From NCBI RefSeq assembly GCF_963921235.1, contig NC_086097.1:119662001-119726000 (forward strand): 64,000 nucleotides of DNA. The letters run 5' to 3'. Below, piece by piece: positions 49,236 to 62,345 of the stretch. The position numbers were made by a program, and so were the translations under genes. This DNA is from Mobula hypostoma. Lineage: Eukaryota. Positions within the stretch are counted from its first letter, which is position 1. Each line of letters begins with the position of its first letter. The notes beneath the pieces are model-generated. The model searched no databases. It saw only the letters and a list, made by a program, of their open reading frames with translations, and had not been told where the DNA came from.

Positions 49236-50419
49236 TTAAAATAATTGTTTAATTTAATTTTTATATTCTATACTTGGTCCATGATTTTCACTGTAGGCAC
49301 ACTCTCACAGCTCAAAGTGTCTGGACACATTTTCAGTAAATGGAAGCAAGATTTTCTGGTTCAAAGTAGTTCATAACACCTAGGAAGAGATCAGACTCAG
49401 AGTTTCCTCATGCTGTACCTCCCATTTCCACCAAAATCCACAAATCTGCTTGTCCAGATTGACCCATTGTTTCAGCTTGTTCCTGCCCCACTGAACTCAT
49501 ATCTAAATACCTTGACAGCTTTATCTCCCCTCCTTCAATCCCTCCCTACCTACGGTTGTGACACTTCACATGCTCTGGATCTTTTCAATGATTTCAAGTT
49601 CATTTTATTTTCACTATGGATGTACCGGTCCTATACACCTCCAACACCCACTAGGAAGGCCTCAAAGCTCTCCATTTCTTTCTGGACACCAGACCCAAAC
49701 AGTTCCCCTCCACAACCACTCTCTTCCACTGAGTGGAACTTGTCTACACTCTTAATAATTTCTCCTTTGGCTCCTCCTATTTCCTTCAAACAAAAGGTGT
49801 AGCCATGGGCACTCACACAGGTCCCAGCTATGCCTGCTTGTTCATCGGCTACGTGGAACAGTCTATGTTCCAAGCCTACACTACTGGTAGTCCACACTTT
49901 TTCTATGATATATCGATGACTGCATTGGTGCTACTTCCTGTACCCACGTCTTCATCCACTTTGACTCCACCTTCCACCCTGCCCTCAAATTTACCTGCTC
50001 CATTTCCGATACTTCCCTCTCCTTTCTTGATCTCTCTGTCTCTATATCTGGAGACAGCTTATCTACTGCTATCCATTACAAACCCACGGACTCTCACAGC
50101 TGTCTGGACTATACCTCCCATCCTGTTACTTGTAAAAACACCATCCCCTTCTCTCTATTCCTCCGTCTCCACTGCATCTGCTCTGAGGATGAGGCTTTTC
50201 CTTCCAGAAATAAGGAGATGTCCTCCTTCAAAGAAAGATGTTTACTTTCCTCCACCATCAACGCTGCCCTCAACCGCATCTCTTCCATTTCATGCACATC
50301 TTTCTGCCACTCTACCAGGGATAGGGTTCCTCATGTCCTCATCTACCACCCCACCAGCCTATGCATCCAGCACATAATTTTCCGCAACTTCTGCCACTCC
50401 ATCAGGTTCCTACCATCAA

Positions 50420-53166
50420 GAGCATCTTCCATCCAGGACAGACTGATGGGCAGAGGGGGTGGGGTGGCTCTGCTGGTGAGGAATGATATTCAGTCCCTTG
50501 TGAGGGGGGACATAAAAACAGGAGACGTAGAGTCAGTATGGACAGAACTGAGAAATTCAAAGGGTAGAAAGACCCTAATGGGAGTTATCTACAGGCCCCC
50601 AAACAGTAGTCTGGATGTAGGGTGTAAATTGAATCAAGAGTTAAAATTGGCATGTCGCAAAAAGGTAATGCTACAGTTGTTATGGGGGATTTCAGGTAGA
50701 CTGGAGGAATCAGGTTGGTACTGGACCCCAAGAAAGGGAGTTTGCGGAGACCCTCCGAGATGGATTCTTAGAACAGTTTGTACTGGAGCCTACCAGAGAG
50801 AAGGCAATTCTAGATTTAGTATTGTGCAATGAACTGGATTTGATCAGGGACCTCGAGGTAAAGGAGCCATTAGGAGGTAGTGACCATAATATGATAAGTT
50901 TTAATCTACAATCTGAGAGGGAGAAGGGAAACTCGGAAGTGTCAGTATTACAGTTGAACAAAGGGAACTATGGTGCTATGAGGGAGGAGCTGGCCAAAGT
51001 TCAATGGAACAATACCCTAGCAGGGATGACAGTGGAACAGCAATGGCAAGTGTTTCTGGGAATAATGCGGAAGGTGCAGAATCAGTTTGTTCCAAAGAGG
51101 AAGAAAGATCCTAAGGGGAGTAAGGGGAGGCCGTGGCTGACAAGGGAAGTAATGGACAGTATTAAGAAAAAAGAGAAGAAGTATAACATAGCAAAGATGA
51201 GTGGGAAGCCGAAGGATTGGGAAACTTTTAAAGAGCAACGGAAGGTAACTAAAAGGGCAATACATGGAGAGAAAATGAGGTACGAAGATAAACTAGCCAA
51301 GAATATAAAGGATGATAGTAAAAGCTTCTTTAGGTATGTGAAAAGGAAAAAAATACTTAAGAACAAAATTGGGCCCTTGAAGACAGAAACGGGTGAATTT
51401 ATTATGGGGAACAAGGAAATGGCAGACGAGTTGAACAGGTACTTTGGATCTGTCTTCACAAAGGAAGACACAAACAAGCTCCCAGATGTAATAGTGGCCA
51501 AAGGACCTAGCATAATGGCTGAACTGAAGATAATTTATATTAGGCAGGAAATGGTGTTGGATAGGCTGTTGGGTCTGAAGGCTGATAAGTCCCCGGGACC
51601 TGATGATCTGCATCCCAGGATACTTAAGGAGGTGGCTTTAGAAATCGTGGATGCATTGGTAATCATTTTCCAATGTTCTATAGATTCAGGATCAGTTCCT
51701 GTGGATTGGAGGGTGGCTAATGTTGTCCCTCTCTTCAAGAAGGGAGGAAGAGAGAAAACAGGGAATTATAGACGGGTTAGCCTGACGTCAGTGGTGGGAA
51801 AGATGCTGGAGTCAATCATAAAAGATGAAATTACGACACATCTGTATAGCAGAAACAGGATTGGTCCGAGTCAGCATGGATTTACGAAGGGAAAATTGTG
51901 CTTGACTAATCTTCTGGAAATTTTTGAGGATGTAACTATAAAAATGGACAAGAGAGAGCCAGGGGATGTAGTGTACCTGGACTTTCAGAAAGCCTTTGAT
52001 AAAGTCCCTCATAGGAGATTAGTGGGCAAAATTAGGGCACATGGTATTGGGGGCAGAGTACTGACGTGGATTGAAAATTGGCTGGCTGACAGAAAACAAA
52101 GAGTAGCGATTAATGGGTCCTTTTCGGAATGGCAGGCAGTGACCAGTGGGGTATCGCAGGGTTCAGTGCTGGGACCGCAGCTGTTTACAATATATATTAA
52201 TGATTTAAATGGGGGAATTAAAAGTAACATTAGCAAATTTGCTGATGACACAAAGCTGGGTGGCAGTGTGAAATGTGGGGAGGATGTTATGAGAATGCAG
52301 GGTGACTTGGATAGGCTGAGTGAGTGGGCAGATGCATGGCAGATGCAGTTTAATGTGGATAAATGTGAGATTATCCACTTTGGTGGTAAGAATGGGAAGG
52401 CAGGTTATTATCTAAATGGAGTCAAGTTAGGAAAAGGGGAAGTACAATGAGATCTTGGTGTTCTTGTACATCAGTCACTGAAAGCAGGCATGCAAGTACA
52501 GCAGGCTGTGAAGAAAGCTAATGGCATGCTGGCCTTCATAACAAGGGAATTGAGTACAAGAGCAAAGAGGTCCTTCTGCAGCTGTACAGGGCCCCGGTGA
52601 GACCACACCTAGAGTACTGCGTGCAGTTTTAGTCTTCAAATTTGAGGAAGGACATTCTTGCTATTGAGAGAGTGCAGCGTAGGTTCACAAGGTTAATTCC
52701 CGGGATGGCGGGACTGTCATATGTTGAAAGATTGGAGCGACTGGGCTTGTATACTCTGGAATTTAGAAGGCTGAGAGGAGGTCTTATTGAAACATATGAG
52801 ATTATTAAGGGATTGGACACGCTGCAGGCAGGAAGCATGTTCCTGCTGATGGGTGAGTTCAGAACCAAAGGCCACAGTTTAAGAATAAGGGGTAGGCCAT
52901 TTAGAATGGAGTTGAGGAAAAACTTTTTCACCCAGAGAGTGGTGGATGTATGGAATGCTCTGCCCCAGAAGGCTGTGGAGGCCAAGTCTCTGGACGCTTT
53001 CAAGAAAGAGATGGATAGAGCTCTTAAAGATAGTGGAATCAAAGGTTATGGGGATAAGGCAGGAACTGGATACTGATAGTGGATGATCAGCCATGATCAC
53101 AGTGAATCACGGTGCTGGCTCGAAGGGCCAAATGGCCTACTCCTGCACCTATGGTCTATTGTCTAT
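50420..53166 (+). mobile_element. CR1 LINE, 5'-truncated within the endonuclease
   Basis: RGGGVALLVR...GVIYRPPNS endonuclease motifs, an RT ORF, and tail CTATGGTCTATTGTCTATT. Confidence 0.93.
50822..52450 (+). pseudogene. CR1 ORF2 RT segment, 542 aa, premature TGA
   Basis: KSPGPDDLHPRILKE, YLDFQKAFDKVPH, GVSQGSVLGP and FADDTK. The C-terminus continues past the stop (ORF 52642..53076). Confidence 0.9.
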
Positions 53167-55023
53167 TCCGCCCCTCCCACCCCCACTTTGTGCTTTCCGC
53201 AGGGATCGCTCCATATGTAACTCCCTTGTCCATTTGTCCCTCTCCACTGATCTGTCTCCTGGCACTTATTCTTGCAAGCAGAACAAGTGTTACACCTGCC
53301 TCTACACCTCCTCCCTCACTACCATTCAGGGCTCTGATCAGTCCTTCCAGGTGAGGCAACACTTCACCTGTGAGTCTGTTGGGTTTACCTACTGTATGTA
53401 GTGCTCCCGGGGTGACATCCTGTATAATCGGTGAGTTCTGAAGTAGACTGGGAAACTGCTTCACTGAGGACCCACTTTCCGTCCATCATAAAAAGCAAGA
53501 TCTCCCAGTGGACACCCATTTTAATTCTACTTCCCATTTCCATTCCGATACGTCCATTCATGGCCTCCTCCTCTGTCGTGATGAGGGCATTCTTAAGTTG
53601 GAAGAACACTTTATATTCTGTTTGAGTAGCCTCCAACCTGGTGTCATAAACATCAATTTCTCAAACTCCAGTAATGGTCAACCCTTGCCCCTTCTTCACC
53701 ATTCCGCATCCCCTTTTCCCTCTCTCACCTTATCTCCTTGTCTACCGATCACTTCCCTCTAGTACTCTTCCCCGTTTCTCTTCCTTTCATGGCCTTCTGT
53801 CCTCTCCTATTAGATTCCCCTTTTTCCATCCCTGTATCTCTTTCACCAATCAACTTCCCAGCTCTTGACTTCATCCCTCCCCCTCCCAGTTTCACCTATC
53901 ACCTTGTGTTTCTCCCTCCCCTCCCCACCTTTTTAACACTACTCCTCATCTTTTTTTTTCCTCCAGTTTTGCTGTAGGTTCTTGGCCTGAAACATCGACT
54001 ATACCCTTTTCCATAGATGCTGCCTGGCCTACTGAGTTCCTCCAGCATTTTGTGTTGCTTGGATTTCCAGAATCAGCAGGTTTTCATCTTGTTAGAGACT
54101 CAGAGTCTGAAGAGTCAACACTGTCGGCATCTATGTGGAAGTAGAATTCTATACACAATAGACTCATTAGCCTAATTATGCTCCTCGGTGTAATGGTTTG
54201 AATATTTTGTTTCCCTGTTGACCCAGTGGCAATAAGTTGTCTGCCTTGTTATCTTAAGTACTATTATGAATGCTCCAGTGGAACTGACATTGTCTCTGCC
54301 CAGCTGTTTTATTGGTACCAAAGTTTCCTTAAACTTTCATATAAATTTATCCACTTTGCTTCACTAAAGAAGGTAACAGCGTCAAAAAGTTTGGAACCGA
54401 TCCAACCATTTTAGAAATTTTGCTCAGTTTTCTCAATTTTGAGAATGTTTTCAACACCGGTTTACAGCAACTGATTCAAGTTGAGTTATTTCACAGCATA
54501 CAGTGCTTCTGGTCTCATTTATTCCTTTATTATCTGAAAATGCTCACTTCAATGCCTAGGGAAGATCAAATTATTAACCGAAATAGATTAATTTGATTTC
54601 TATATTCAATATTTAGAATTTAAATTCCATATTCACTCCATTGTGCCTACAGAGAAAACACTCTCCCATCTCAAAGGGCCAGGACTATTTATCTGACATT
54701 AGCCTCAAAATGTAAATAAAAACATTCTAAGGTCCTACTTTATCAAGAATCAAATTTATTTGCCATATATATTTACATGTATTAGGAATTTGCAGTGGTG
54801 TGTTGCTGCTTCATGCAACAAAAGCAACATTTAGCAGTTATAAACAATACAGAATCATATAAAAATAAAGTTATAAGTATGGATATGTAATAAATATGCA
54901 AAAATATATAAATACCAGCATGCATTTACAATGTAAACAACATTATAAAAAGAGAGTTAAAATGCAGTGAAGTGGCCAAAGTAATGGATAGAGGTAGCTC
55001 AAGCGGGGCTAACTACTAGATCC

Positions 55024-55218
55024 GTCCTGAAAAAGGTGTTGGCCCGAGACATTGACTGTTTATTCAGTCTCATAGATACTGCCTTACCTGAGGAGTTCCT
55101 CCACCATTTTGTATATTTTGTCATGAAGAAGGGTCTCGACCCAAAACATCAACTGTTTATTCATTTTCATAGATGCAGCCGGACCTGTGGAGTTCCACCA
55201 TCATTTAGTGTGTATTGT
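55024..55218 (+). repeat. Tandem dimer of a 96-bp hammerhead-pLTR unit, decayed
   Basis: Units start at 55024 and 55120. Each has the form GTC.TGA..AAGG...CCC.A.ACAT..ACTGTTTATTCA...CATAGAT...ACCTG.GGAGTTCC.CCA.CATTT. Confidence 0.75.
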
Positions 55219-55274
55219 GATAAAATTAACTGCCTGGTGGAAGAAAATTTTAAGATAGAGTAATGTTTCTGTTA

Positions 55275-57060
55275 CAGAAAACACAGAAACAGAAAACCTA
55301 CAGCACAATACAGGCTCTTCGGCCCATAAAACTGTGCCAAACATGTCCTTACCTTAGAAATTACTTAGGTTTACCCATAGACCTCTACTTTTCTGAGCTC
55401 CATATACCTGTCCAAGAGTCTCTTTAAAGACCCTATCATATCTGCCTCCACTACCATTGCCGGCAGCCTATTCCATGCATTCACTACTCTTTGCGTAAAA
55501 AACTTACCCTTGACATCTCTTCGGTACCTACTTCCAAACACCTTAAAACTGTGCCCTCTCATGCTAGCCATTTCAGCCCTGGGATAAAGCTTCTGACTAT
55601 CCACATGATCAATGCCTCTCATCGTCTTATACACCTCTATCAGGTCACCTCTCATCCTCCATTGCTCCAAGGAAGAAAGGCCAAGTTCACTCAACCTGTT
55701 CTCATAACGCATGCTCCCCAATCCAGGCAACATCTTTGTAAATCTCCTCTGCACCTTTTATATGATTTCCATATCCTTCCTGTAGAGAGGTGACCAGAAC
55801 TGAGCACAGTACTCCAAGTGGGGTTTGACCAGGGTCGTATATAGCTGCAACATTACTTCTCTGCTCCTAAACTCAATCCCACAATTGATGAAGGCCATTG
55901 CACCATATGACTTTTTAAACTCAGAGTCAACCTGCATAGCAGCTTTGAGTGTCCTATGGACTCCAAGATCCCTCTGATCCTTCACACTGCCAAGAGTCTT
56001 ATAATTAATGCTATATTCTGTCATCATATTCAACCTACCAAAATGAACCACCTCACACTTATTGGGGTTGCACTCCATCTGCCACTTCTCAGCCCAGTTT
56101 TGCATCCTATCAATGTCCTGCTGTAACCTCTCAATGTAACCTCTGACAGCCCTCCATACTATCCACAACTCCTCCAAACTTTGTGTCATCAGCAAATTTA
56201 CTAACCCATCCCTCCTCTTCCACATCTACAAATTTTGTAGTTCATTTATAAAAATCATAAAGGGTAGGCATCCCGGAACAGATCCCTGAGGCACATTACT
56301 GGTCACCTCCATGCAGAATATGACCCATCTACAACCTCTCTTCGCCTTCTTTGGGCAAGCCATTTCTGGATCCACAAAGCAATGTCTCCTTGGATCCCAT
56401 GCCTCCTTACTTTCTCAATAAGCCTTGCATGGGGTACCTTGTCAAATGCCTTGCTGAAACCCATATACACCACATCTACTGCTCTACCTTCATCAAAGTG
56501 TTTAGTCACATACTCAAAAAATTCAACAGGCTCGAAAGGCATGACCTGCCTTTAACAAGCCACGCTGACTATTCCTAATCATATTATGCCTCTCCAAATG
56601 TTCATAAATCCTGCCTCTCAGGATCTTCTCCATCAATTTACCAACCACTGAAGTAAGACTCACTGGTCTATAATTTCCTGGGATATCTTTCCTCCCTTTC
56701 TTGAATAAGGGAACAACATCCGCAACCCTCCAATCCTCCTGAACCTCTCCCGTCCCCATTGTTGATGCAAAGATCATCACCAGATGCTCAAAAATCTCCT
56801 CCCTCGCCTCCCACAGTAGCCTGGGGTGCATCTCATCTGGTCCTGGTGACTTACCCAACCTGATGCTTTCCAAAAGCTCCAACACATCCTCTTTCTTAAT
56901 ATCTACATGCTCAAGCTTTTCAATCCATTGTAAGTCATCTCTGCAATCGCCAAGATCCTTTTCTGTAGTGAATACTGAAGCAAAGTATTTATTAAATACC
57001 TCAGCTATCTCCTCCGGTTGCATGCACACGTTTCCACTGTCACACTTGATTGGTCCTATT
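55275..57060 (-). mobile_element. CR1 LINE, 5'-truncated
   Basis: ORFs 56523..57029, 56303..56542, 55758..56225 and 55371..55754 carry CR1 RT motifs. Confidence 0.92.
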
Positions 57061-57373
57061 CAATATAGTTCTATAGCACTTTCCTGAAAGGAGGTTTTGG
57101 AAAAGGCAGCTTGATGGTGGTAGTGGCTAGTATTCCATTGACTGCAAAGCACAGTGGAACATCCTGAGTTTACGAAATGCCTATTGTATTAAGTGTGTTA
57201 ACTTACTTGTTCATCAAATACCGCTCCCCCATGGCGGGAGGGGGTGGTGGGGGTGGGGACTTGCCTGTGTAAGAATATTGCAGCCCACTCACTTCTGCTT
57301 AGCTGACGACTTCATGGTACTGGAAGGGTTTAAATCCAACACGTGGTAACCATGCAGTCTCTTTTCCCCTCAG

Positions 57374-57559
57374 GTCACAACAGTAGACAAGGAAACCGTG
57401 GAAATGGTAGACAAGGATACCGTGGAAATGGTAGACAAGGAAACCGTGGAAATGGTAGACAAGGATACCGTGGAAATGGTAGACAAGGATACATGGAAAC
57501 GGTAGACAGTAGGGGATGTGCTACAATACAGAGGGCCCGGGTGCAGGCGCACACTTTAG
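57374..57559 (+). other. Candidate 186-bp exon containing the minisatellite
   Basis: Acceptor GTCTCTTTTCCCCTCAG| and donor AG|GTAAGT. Length is 62 codons and the phase-1 frame is open. Confidence 0.4.
57383..57508 (+). repeat. 24-bp minisatellite, ~5.3 copies
   Basis: GTAGACAAGGA(A/T)ACCGTGGAAATG at 57383, 57407, 57431 and 57455, with a 23-bp variant at 57479. Confidence 0.95.
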
Positions 57560-58096
57560 GTAAGTATTTGCCCCACAGTGTGTATGTTCAGTGTCTCTTT
57601 TGTCCTGCTATTTCAGGACTTGCTTTAGCTTGAAGGATTTACTGAATGCTTAGTGCCTGTTTTATCTTGTAAATAGCTAACCGATTTACTGGTAGTGCCC
57701 TCTGTACCTACTCACCAAAGCTGCACACCTGATTTCCCACAACAATGCCTCACCGATTTTTTTTTCTCAGTGGTGTCATCAGAATATTTCCTCATCGGAT
57801 GCTATACAGATGAGAACACAATAAAAATGATTTGTAAATTTGGATTTAACATACTCTTAATTCATTTACTCATAGAAGTTTGTGGCAGAAGGACTTCAAC
57901 TCATCAAATCCATGACAACCAAAAGTCAAGTTACTTATATGATTAAAAGACTAACTTTATTTGTTACATGTGCATCAAAATATAAAATTAAATGCACAAA
58001 GTGTAATTTTGCATCAATGACCAACAGTCTGGGGATGTGCTGGGGCAGCCCACAGCTTTCTCCATGTTTCAGGCACCAGCAGCGCATACCCACTCT

Positions 58097-60775
58097 TGTG
58101 TTTGTGCACAACTACATACTAACTAAATAAAATCATGCACACTGATGATGGTTTTAGCTGGTGTATTCACCTTGCAGTGAGAGAAAGAGGGAGAACAATT
58201 GCATGCACAGACAACAGATCAATATGTAATGCTGGGGGAGGGGGAATCATTGCTCTAAAAGAAATAGATTCATACATTACACTTCCCCTTTAGATTAATG
58301 CAACATAAAACTACACATGTACAAACATTCAATTTCCCTTTCATAAACGCATATTCCAAATAAACTTGCTTTCACAATAACAGTCCATAACTAACTTCAC
58401 TGCTCTAAAGATTCAATCTTTTGGGTGGCATTGTTTCTTTCAGGACAGCACCTCTGGACCTGTGGAGTGGCATCAGGTTTGGCAGGTGTGTCTAAGACAA
58501 CGTTCTTGGTTGCCGGTGTCACGTTGTTGTCAGTGACATGACCATCACTGAGAGGCAAGTCCGGTGACCATAATGTGTCTGTCTTGTTGGATGCAATCAT
58601 CTTAGGTGTGTTCTTAAGTTGAGCATCTACTATCTGGTTCACATGACGTCTCCATATCTGATATCCAACATCCACTGTGTACATCAGTTCTCCAGTCTTG
58701 TAGCTATTCTACCTGGTGTCCACTTGTCTTCCCAATAATCAGGCACTAGGATTTCCTGTTAATCTCAAAGCTCCTTTCTGCTTCACTTGGCAACTGGCCG
58801 AACTGTTTATTTTTGTACTTCCCTCTGGAGATCTGATTTCAGGAGGTCTATGCAAGATCTCAGATTCCTGTTCATGAACATAACTGCAGGTATTTGATTT
58901 GTCGTCGCATGAATAGAGTTCCAATATACAAAAAGGAAGTTGTCCAACTTGTGCTGCAGAGAAATGTTCCCCTTCTCCATCATTTTAACAGACTTCTTGA
59001 AGGTTTGGATAAACCTTTCAGCTAACCCATTTGTTACTGAGTGGTGAGGAGCAGACTTGAAATGTTTGGTGTCATTTTTCTTCATGAACAGTTGTAATTC
59101 TTCTGATGTGTATAGTGGTCCATTGTCACTCACAATTTGTTTCGGTAAGCAGTTTCTGGTGACGATGGTCCTTAGAGCAGGAACAGTCTTTGCTGAGGTG
59201 GTTGACTTAATTGCTATAACCTCTGGCCAATTTAAATGAGCATCCACAGCAATCAGAAACATGGAGTCCATGAATGGCCCAGCAAAGTCAATATGTACAT
59301 GTTGCCATGGTGACAATGGCCGCTCCCATGCATGTAACAGTGCCTGTGAGGGTGAATTTTGAACTTTTTGGCAGCCCATACAGCTTTTGGCCAAGTCTTT
59401 GATCTGTTTCTCCATTCCCTTCTCAAACAGCTTCTAATTCTCATTAAGCAGCTGTGACAGCCTCTGGTTAGTTGTACCATTTGGGCTGCCATTGCCTGTT
59501 GATGTCACACTGAGAGCTTTGATTGAGTGCCAGTCTAATTGGATTTTTCTCAACCATTCATGTCTGAAAAGTTCTGGCCCTCCACTTTTCAACACATAAA
59601 GTTCTAACTGTTGTGTTTGGCCTCCATACATCACATTCACTTCCAGTTTGCCTTTGGGAAATACTTTTTTGCTTGTGTAAGTCTTTATCATCACTGAGGT
59701 CTTCACTATTGGTATGTTAGAATACAGTCTGTTGTAGTCAGCCTCTGGAATTATGAACAAAGCTATATCCAGCTCCATTTTCAGTTTTACACCAGATGAT
59801 TTTGTGATCTGCTTCAGTTATACTATGCAGTTCTAGGTATGACAGTTCAACTTTGTCAGACTCTATGTTATCTAATTCTGTTTCACATTTGGTATTTTTA
59901 TGCATTTGGTTAGTTTTGTGTTTGAGACTCTTCAGTCGATTGTGCTTTTTGTCTGCCTTGCACACTCTCTCCATATGACCTTGTCTGGGACACTTTATGC
60001 AAAATTTTTCTTTGAACCAACAGACATTTACATCATGGGAGGATTTGCCACATCGATAACATGTCTGGCTTTTTGCAGCATTCAGGGACATTTTGTACAT
60101 TTCACATTCTAACCTCCTTTTCTGTAGTTCTGCTGCATCCTTTGCTGCTGTCTCTAATGATATTGCAATGGTCAATGTCTGTTCTAAGGTTAGGTCTCTT
60201 TTGGATAGCAGTTTCTTTTGAGTGCTTTGACTATGCATGCCACATACAAGCCTGTCCCTTAATGCATCAGACGGTTCATCTCTGAAGTCACAGTACTGGG
60301 AAAGCTTGTGCAGTTCTGCAAAGTATTCAGAAATGCTTTCACCTTTTGACTGGTTCCTTTTTGTAAAATCTAAATCTCTCAGTTATTATGTGCAGTTTAT
60401 GGCACAAGTGATTTTGGAAAATTGTAACAATTTCATCAAAGGTCTTGCTTGCTGGCTTTACATAAGAGACTGTACATTTTTGCATCCATTAAGCAAATCG
60501 TAAGGACTTTATTTTGCTCCTCCACATTGTATGCATTACAATACAGTACCAACTCCTCGATACACAACTCCCAGCCTTCATTAGCACTATCAAGTTCATC
60601 AACTTTCTCAACCGAAGCTATCGCCATGTTAATTGTACTTTAAATTCAGCGCGTCTTTCAATGTGTACTCATGTCTTTGTTTGCGTCTGTGACGGCTTTC
60701 TCATGCTATTTATCTTTCGCTGTTTTGACAGTTGGTGCAGTTTGAGCTATTTTCTGACAGGTTTGAACTCATCAT
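58097..60775 (-). mobile_element. Gypsy/Ty3 LTR retrotransposon remnant lacking RT and RNase H
   Basis: Gag (60436..60627), two CCHC knuckles (CYRCGKSSHDVNVC, CIKCPRQGHMERVC), protease-like MELD...GPELFRHEWL, integrase WQHVHIDFAGPF...SDNGP...TNGLAERF. Purine tract AAAGGGGAAG then TG at 58281 (putative 3' LTR). Confidence 0.88.
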
Positions 60776-60959
60776 CGATGCTATAGAAACGGCAAAATTG
60801 CCCCTCCCCCCGGAGTGCCACAAGACGTGAGAAAGAACATTGACATCTGATTAATGATATCACATACTTCCTGCTCTGTGTCGTCCAGAACTCTGGACAG
60901 TAGTCTGACAAATGGCTAACTAGTTTTTAATACACTTGCACAATTTTCCTGCTGAGGTA

Positions 60960-61370
60960 TTCAATCAGAATCAGGTTTATTATCACTGGTATGTGTCATG
61001 AAATTTGTTAACTTAACAGCAGCAGTACGATGCAATACTTGATACTATAGAAGAGATAAATAAATAGATCAATTACAATGAGTATATAGATGTATATTAA
61101 ATAGTTAAACAAAAAAATGCAAAAATGGAAATTATATATATATTTAAAAAGTGAGGTAGTGTTCATGGGGTCAATGTCCATTTAGGTATCGTACACAGAG
61201 GGGAAGAAGCTGTTCCTGAATTGCTGAGTGTGTGCCTTCAGGCGTCTGCACCTCCTTCCTGATGGTAACAATGAGAAGAGGGCATGTCCTGAGCGGTGAG
61301 GATCCTTAATAATGGACGCTGCCTTTCTGAGTCATCCCTCCTTGAAGATTCTTGGATACTATGGAAGCTA
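60960..61370 (-). mobile_element. Rex1/Babar 3' end
   Basis: AATCAGAATCAGGTTTATTATCACTGG tail, homologous to 2804-3365. Confidence 0.8.
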
Positions 61371-61432
61371 TCCCTTGGTCGATTAAAACCACCTCACCTA
61401 CCAATCCATCTACCTTTGAGGATCTGTGTCAT

Positions 61433-62005
61433 ACATAGAAACATGGAAAACCTACAGCACAATACAGGCCCTTTGACCCTCAATGCTGTGCTGAACATGT
61501 GCTTACTTTAGAAATTACCTATGGTTACACATAGTCCTCTATTTTTCTAAGATCCATGTACCTATCCAAGAGTTTCTTTAAAGACGTTATTGTATCTGCC
61601 TCCACCACCATCACTGGCAGCCCATTCCACATACTCACCACTCTCTGCGTAAAAAACTTACCCCTGAGATCCTCTCTGTACCTATTTCCAAGCACCTTAA
61701 AACTGCGCCCTCTCGTGTTAGCCATTTCAGCCTTGGGAAAAAGCCTCTGACTACCCACACAATCAATGGCTTGCATCATCTTATACACCTCTATCAGGTC
61801 ACCTCTCATCCTCCGCCACTCCAAGGAAAAAAGGCCAAGTTCACTAAACCTATTCTCATAAGGTATGCTCCCCAATTCAGGCAACATCCTCGTAAATCTC
61901 CTCTGCACTCTTCCCATAGTTTCTACATCCTTCCCGTAGTGAGGTGACCAGAACTGAGCACAGTACTTCAAGTGGGGTCTGACCAGGGTCCTGTATAGCT
62001 GTACA
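61433..62005 (-). mobile_element. CR1 3' end
   Basis: LYRTLVRPHLKYCAQFWSPHY...FFTQRVVSMWNGLP. Confidence 0.9.
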
Positions 62006-62251
62006 CTCCCTGAACCCCCGTTTTCTACAATCACTTATTACCTCACCACTTACCATGCATTCCATCCTAATGGCTTGCTTGCTTTCCCTGAGGTATAATG
62101 CTATAAACTGAATTCTCTTAATATAGTCCAGTCCATCAATTCAAAGCAGTCCTTTGCCTCCCTTTCAGCAACCAGTCTTGTCATCTGCGAAACTCTTAAT
62201 TATGTTCTAAGCCCATGGCATACAACCTTTCTTCATTAAAAAAATCCCCAA

Positions 62252-62345
62252 TTCTCACCGAAGGGCCTCTGCCCGGATTGTCAACTGTACTCTTTTCCAT
62301 TGATGCTGCCTGGCCTGCTGAGCTCCCACAGCATTTTGCGTGTAT
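62252..62345 (+). mobile_element. Solo pLTR/hammerhead remnant
   Basis: CCGAAGGGCCTCTGCCCGG...GTCAACTG...GATGCTGCCTGGCCTGCTGAGCTCCCACAGCA. Confidence 0.7.

Larger units (their letters stand above)
49405..54092 (+). mobile_element. Older Penelope-like element split by a CR1 insertion
   Basis: ELVYTLNNFSFGSSYFLQTKGVAMGTHTGPSYA (49733+). Resumes at ~53167 with CAFRRDRS...CKQNKCYTC, and the pLTR runs to ~54092. Confidence 0.88.

Noticed and set aside
57383..57508. CRISPR-like repeat array
   Set aside because: Units are contiguous with no unique spacers, the context is eukaryotic, and there are no cas genes.
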